NCBI GenBank assembly: GCA_025201805.1
Contig: MU619316.1
Coordinates: forward strand, 1 to 58,681
DNA length: 58,681 bases
Reading direction: 5' to 3'
DNA from: Parasitella parasitica NRRL 2501
Taxonomy: Eukaryota > Fungi > Mucoromycota
The number at the start of each line of letters is the position of its first letter. Position 1 is the first letter of the stretch. Positions 53,180-58,681 of this stretch are shown here, piece by piece. A program made the position numbers and the translations under genes. The notes under the pieces were generated by a model that was not told the DNA's origin, did not search any database, and saw only the letters and a list, made by a program, of their open reading frames with translations.

Positions 53180-54955
53180 ATGCAAGCAGCATCCCGTTTA
53201 ACAAGAGGTAAAATGATTCGAGGTGATTTGCAGCATAGACTGCGCGTGTACATGACACACTGACATGTTGTCGTAGTTGTGGGCAGACAAGCACCAATTG
53301 TACGACGTACTTTCCAACAAAGATTTAATTCTACTGCAACATCTTCGGCAGAAACGCCCAAGAAGGCCCATTCAAAGTGGAAGACATTTAAAAATGTTGC
53401 CGCGCTTGGTACAGTTGGTTTCATCGGATATACACTATACGGTAAAGAGAGTCATTATTGACTTTTGGATTATAGACTAACCGATATTTGGTAGAGATGT
53501 ACTATCACCGCCATCCCACTGAGCATCCCAATCCTGCTGATCCCAAAAAGAAAACTGTTGTTATTCTCGGCAGTGGCTGGGCAAGCACTTCGTTTTTGAA
53601 ATCTATCGACACCGATCTCTATAACGTGGTGGTTGTCTCTCCTCGTAATTACTTTTTGTTCACTCCATTACTGCCTTCCTGTACTGTAGGCACTATCGAT
53701 GTCCGTTCTTTGGTCGAGCCCATTCGTTTCATCACTCGTCACAAGAGCAATGAAGTCAAGGTCTACGAAGCTGAATGTACCGAAATTGACTCTGATAAGA
53801 AGGTCATTACTATTGTTGGTATGTATAGATACACGTATTGAATAGAGCCATGTCATTAATGGAGCCGTGGTAGATAACTCCGAGGTAAAGGGCGATAATG
53901 CAACTAGCACAATTGCTTATGACTACTTGGTTATCGGTATTGGTGCTCAAAGTCAAACATTTGGCATCAAGGGCGTGGAAGAATATGGCTGTTTCCTTAA
54001 GGAAGTTTGGGACGCTCAAAAGATTCGTACAAAGCTGATGGACTGTATTGAAACTGCTGCTTTCCCTGGCCAGTCTCAGGAGGAAATCGAACGCTTGTTA
54101 CATATGGTCGTGGTGGGCGGAGGTCCCACTGGTATTGAGTATGCTGCTGAACTGCACGATTTCTTGGTTGAAGATTTAACTCATTGGTATCCTGAGCTCG
54201 CTGGCAAGATCAAGATTACGTTGGTCGAAGCAATGCCTAATGTTCTTCCTGCTTTCTCCAAGCAGTTAATTGACTATACCGAGTCTACATTCAAGCAGCA
54301 AAACATCCACCTTCACACAAAGACTATGGTCAAGGAAGTCAAAGAAAAGGAAATCATTGTTCAAGGCCCTGACGGAAATAAAGAATCTATGCCTTATGGT
54401 CTTTTGGTCTGGGCTACAGGCAACACATCTCGTCCTTTAGTCAAGAATTTGATGGCCCAATTCCCTGAGACTCAAAACGTCCGTCGTGGTTTAGCTGTAG
54501 ATGACTGGCTTAGAATGGCTGGGACCAACGATATTTATGCTCTTGGTGATGCTACTGCAACCAAGTATGCCCCTACTGCTCAAGTGGCTGCCCAACAAGG
54601 CAAATACCTTGCTCGTGTGTTTGCTCAACTTCATGCTACAGAATATTATCAAATGCAAGTTGAAGACTCTACTGTTCCCGAAGAAAAGGCCAAGAACATG
54701 CGTAGGTTACAAAAAGCACAAGATATCAAGCCTTTCCATTACTCTCACCAAGGCTCTCTTTGTTACATTGGCTCTGATAAGGCTATTGCTGACCTGCCTT
54801 TTGGACCAGGTAACCTGGCATCGGGGGGCGTCGCCACTTATGCTTTCTGGCGCTCAGCTTATATTTCTAACTTATTCTCTGCTCGTAACAAGTGGTTGGT
54901 GATTACTGATTGGACAAAGAAGACTTTCTGGGGCCGTGATATCTCCAGAGAATAA
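53180..54955 (+). CDS. NDE1: Type II (alternative) mitochondrial NADH dehydrogenase; 4 exons
   Basis: Presequence, [51 protein letters not shown] and terminal GRDISRE. Confidence 0.95.
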
Positions 54956-57120
54956 TTGGATCCATTTTTATTTATTTTTTATTTCTGCATTACATTACTA
55001 CAAAAAACTATCATTAAATTCCTTACTCGCTTGTTATGCGCAGAAGATATATGGATATAATCTGCTCAAAAAATGTATAACTTTATCAGACACAAAACTT
55101 GATGGCTTTATTAATAAGAAAATGCCATCTTTTTATACTAGATTTTATCTATTGTGACACATTACTTGTCATCATGGTTGAACATTGAACCTTTGGTATA
55201 CTAACTTAATTACATGGTATTGAGTACATCAATAACTTATTCCTTGTCACTGTACACAAAGAATTAACAATCAAATAATTGCTTAAACTCATGCCCTTCT
55301 GGCGCAAATTTCGCTCAATCACACACTGAACATGTCATGTTGAGTTATAAATAAGGAACATGATCCATTGGGATTATGTTCAGGATTGAGTTTACTTGAA
55401 TTTGACTCCCGGTTGGGAAATTGACACATCACGAATCCCGTAAGGTAGCTCCGTAACAGATGACATTTAGTTACTGTTTTTGTGGGAAGTTCTATCACTT
55501 CAGCACAGTATATAGTATACAATTGTCTTAATATATAATAATAACATTCTTATCCGTAGTGCTGTAATATATAAGTATTCAATAATTCAACGGTTAATTC
55601 CTCAGAAAAGTTTATACTCATTTGAAACCTAGTTTTATGATCAATGATGTTCAACAATGCCAAATCAAACGTTATCACTTCAGTTTTAGCATTGTCACCC
55701 TAATACCAACCAGAAACACAAAAAACAAACATCACGTGGTTTATTTTAAACTCCGCCACACACAAAACAAAGAAACGTTTGATAGAGACATTGCGCAGTG
55801 GAAACCAAGTTATGCTCAGATAGTGATGATTATGCCTGTTTTTGTGGCGCATAAGACAGTGTTTATTTTGCTGTTTATCGAAGCCTATCATTGATTATAT
55901 GCAATTCTGATATGTAAATTTGTGATGTCATCTGATAACTTTATAGATATCGATGAAAACATGGAATCCGATGTTGTTGCCAGATAGAGGTGAGTCAAAG
56001 CTAAGTTTTCCAAGTTAGATCTCGGTTCTACGGTCATTTTAGCACAAGTTATGAGCAAATATGTGTTATTTATGATAAATATTGAAAAATAACTGTTTTT
56101 GCAGATACCTTTTGATAGAGACTGCAGTAAGTTTGAAAAACGTTATAATACTACAATTATAATCATGTTTTGGGTTCTTTATTATAAAGGTTTTTTCTGG
56201 AGGAACACATCTTAGTATTTATAGTGTCATGTCAAAATAAGTCAGTAAAATGAATCTGCCAAAGAGGTACTCTTTTATTAGAATTATATCCTCTGGATGT
56301 ATTTGCATAAAGCATCATTATGTGTTAACGTCATCATACACGACTGTAACCAAGATTTATATATAGAGCATGCGGTGTAAATCGCTGATTTACCACGCAC
56401 ATTGGCTATAGCCCCTTGATCCTGCTACAAGCTCTATGGCATGTTATTGATATAACATATAGGATTCGGATTGTCGTATTTTATTAGTCCTCATGAATGG
56501 TGCATTGATCCAAGAGTCAATGCGTTAATTTGGCGTTTTTTAATTTAGGTTCTAAGGAGAAATCATGCAGAAATGCTTTTACCATTGATAGAGATTTGCG
56601 TAACATTAGTTGGCCGTGTGAAGATGGCTCTCGTCATACTTTAGTTATTGTGTTAAAGATATCCTTATCTAGAATGATGGTAAAAATTCATTGATTGACG
56701 AGCTGCCATATTTGATATCTTTGTCATTATTTATTCTCATTCTAAATGTCTATTGTATAAGGGAAAGCACTTTGATCAGGAGTGCTTTCCTCCACATGAC
56801 ATTCATTGATAAAATTTTAAATTTTATTTGTGATGCGTTTTGATTTATATGACTTTATATGTTATGCAAGCTCGAATGGCATGAATTGACTATGCGTGAC
56901 ATTTCAGTCCTAATTTTTCAAAAAAGTCGAAAACCTTCCAAATTCAGAAGGTAATAACTGAATATTTCCCTGCATTTGAGACAGTAAAATTAAATCCTGA
57001 CTTGCCATGAAATCTCGCCCTGAAGTTAGAAATCATGTATTAACCTTCACATTTTCGATTTATTCTATTGAAAAACAATACATATCAACCACTATTTTGC
57101 TTATTAATGATGTATCATCT

Positions 57121-58341
57121 ATGTCATTCGCTTTTAATGGTCGCAAAAGACACCTTATTGCTATTAATGATGAAGAAGAACAAATGTCAGATCAGTCGTG
57201 AGTCTTGCGGACAAATCAGCACTTGAACAGCCAACTTACTTTCATGATGCATGCACTCAACAGCAATCATAACCAAGAAGTTATGCATAACACTCACCAC
57301 AGTTCCCTGTTAAATGCAATGTCTTTTCAGTTACATCAGCAAAATCGACGACTAAAGACAAGACAGCACGAGACATAATCCAAACATTGAAAAAAAGCCA
57401 GCGATTCCTGAAATTGCAGCTACAGCTTGCTTTGGCAGGCTAGGGATACGGTAGATTGATAAATTAAGAATTTGGACCAACAAAGGTAAAAACTGGTTGC
57501 AAACACGACATCCCACCCAAAACTAGCAAGTTTTCTTTTCTTAGCTTTATTGTACGCCTGCCGCCAAACATGAAGTTCAAAAAAAGACAGTTAGAATATT
57601 ATGTTGCAGGCTCAACTATCATCAATCCTCCAGCTTCGTTTCTAAAGCCATCCAATGGGCTTCGAAGCAAAGTCCAGACATCCAAAGAGAAAACGGATTA
57701 CTGGAATGCCCTGCAGTTGTAATTTCGAATATGTCTTCTACGCTCAATAGTACATTGCAGAGAGAAAAATGGAGACTATGATGAGCTGTGTATCTCTTTA
57801 TTGAGAAATATTAGAATACTTAAAGGCGTAGTGCAAGAAGCAGAAGCAAAAATCAAGAGTCCAGGAAAAATCACAACGATGTTAAGCACCGTTTATACAC
57901 AGAATAAAAAGGCTGGAAGTCCAAAGAAGAATTATGAGTACTGAACAGAATTTGTGGAGAAGAACTTCCAGTCTCTTTTGGTTTTACCAGAAAAGGATGA
58001 TGGTAGCAATGATGATAAAGACAGTGAAGATAGTAAAGATGAAGACAATGATGGAGCGACTCAAGATGACGCTGAACAATTTTGCGCATGCTCAATTTCT
58101 TTGAGTCAAGTGCTCAGAGACGACTTGAAAGACGACATCAGATCATTATTCATCAATACAATCGGTGCTACCATGGAGCAAGTATCTAATAATACCTCTG
58201 ACTTCAGCAAGCAAGTTCTCAAAGTCGCTCTGTTGTTTGCTGAGTATACATTTGAATCTAATGCCGGCAACATCGAACTTGTCTACGATGGTGGAAACAG
58301 CATTGCGCCAATACTGCCAGAAGGGTATTTAGAGGAAGATA
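57121..58341 (+). pseudogene. Decayed coding region of a probable repeat/mobile-element gene, truncated by a transposon insertion
   Basis: Stop- and frameshift-interrupted coding-like sequence leads into the open segment 57954-58341 (acidic linker, then CACSISLSQVLRDDL..). Protein-like character ends abruptly at TA 58340-58341. Confidence 0.4.
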
Positions 58342-58681
58342 CACCTTTTGTAAAAATAAATGGCACACACACCGAAAATTATGGCACACTTTTTTTTTTC
58401 GATTTGGCACGATTGAGAATTACGTATGGCACACTAATACAAATTAAGTTGGCACAAACTACATTTAATGATGGCACACTTTTGAAATTCTTTATGGCAC
58501 ACATTTCTTTTAATTCAACAATTAAAAAACATGTCTTTCAAAGTCTATTTCGAAGATGGCAGAGGAAATACCATGGATGAAGATGGCTTAGAACCCGTGC
58601 AAATGGAAGTGGATGAGGAGGCGTATCCTTTAGATAATATAACCACTTATGATTCACACCTGGATCTGAAACCACCTGAAA
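58342..58681 (+). mobile_element. Left end of a probable Tc1/IS630-type DNA transposon (terminus, subterminal TGGCAC repeats, start of transposase)
   Basis: TA|CACCTTTTGTAAAAATAAATGGCAC junction, seven TGGCAC repeats at 21-23 bp spacing, then an ORF from 58531. The right end is outside the window. Confidence 0.6.
58531..58681 (+). CDS. N-terminus of a putative transposase (runs off the window)
   Basis: MSFKVYFEDGRGNTMDEDGLEPVQMEVDEEAYPLDNITTY.. is open to the window end. It resembles, from memory, the acidic EDGxG N-termini of Mucorales Tc1-like transposases. No DDE domain is visible. Confidence 0.5.
   Translation, partial: MSFKVYFEDGRGNTMDEDGLEPVQMEVDEEAYPLDNITTYDSHLDLKPPE

Noticed and set aside
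58361-58500. Regularly spaced repeats with unique spacers resembling a CRISPR array
   Set aside because: Repeats are only 6-9 nt with ~16 nt spacers, there are no cas genes and the context is eukaryotic. Transposon subterminal repeats explain it better.
58342-58580. C-terminal part of the 208-aa ORF 57954..58580 as real protein
   Set aside because: It is a read-through into the non-coding transposon end; the repeated GT/GTL residues come from the TGGCAC repeats.

Overview
Eukaryotic, AT-rich, intron-containing fungal genomic DNA. Short 50-70 nt GT-AG introns, gene content and transposon style point to Mucoromycota/Mucorales (inferred, no database search). About 22 intact protein-coding genes were reconstructed by hand across introns: a membrane-anchored coiled-coil protein, a C2H2 transcription factor, a thioredoxin/AhpC-like + F-box fusion, glycogen phosphorylase, a coiled-coil orphan, an intron-containing integrase-derived gene, MIC60, M17 leucine aminopeptidase, SHO1-like sensor, MDM31, calcineurin A, UFD4/TRIP12 HECT ligase, UBP12-like DUB, RPL14, PEX11, a secreted helical protein, OLE1, RidA/MMF1, KGD4, another coiled-coil orphan and an NDE1-type NADH dehydrogenase. 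The right end holds a decayed ORF interrupted by the left end of a probable Tc1/IS630-type DNA transposon. There are two assembly gaps. No tRNA, rRNA or CRISPR could be supported. The strongest candidates for novel biology are: (1) a CxxC peroxiredoxin-like domain fused to a C-terminal F-box; (2) an intact 5-exon Ginger2/KRBA2-like integrase gene that keeps its HHCC zinc finger but appears to have lost the DDE triad; (3) a calcineurin A with substitutions at the FK506-FKBP12 interface, whose stop codon lies only 72 bp upstream of the MDM31 start.
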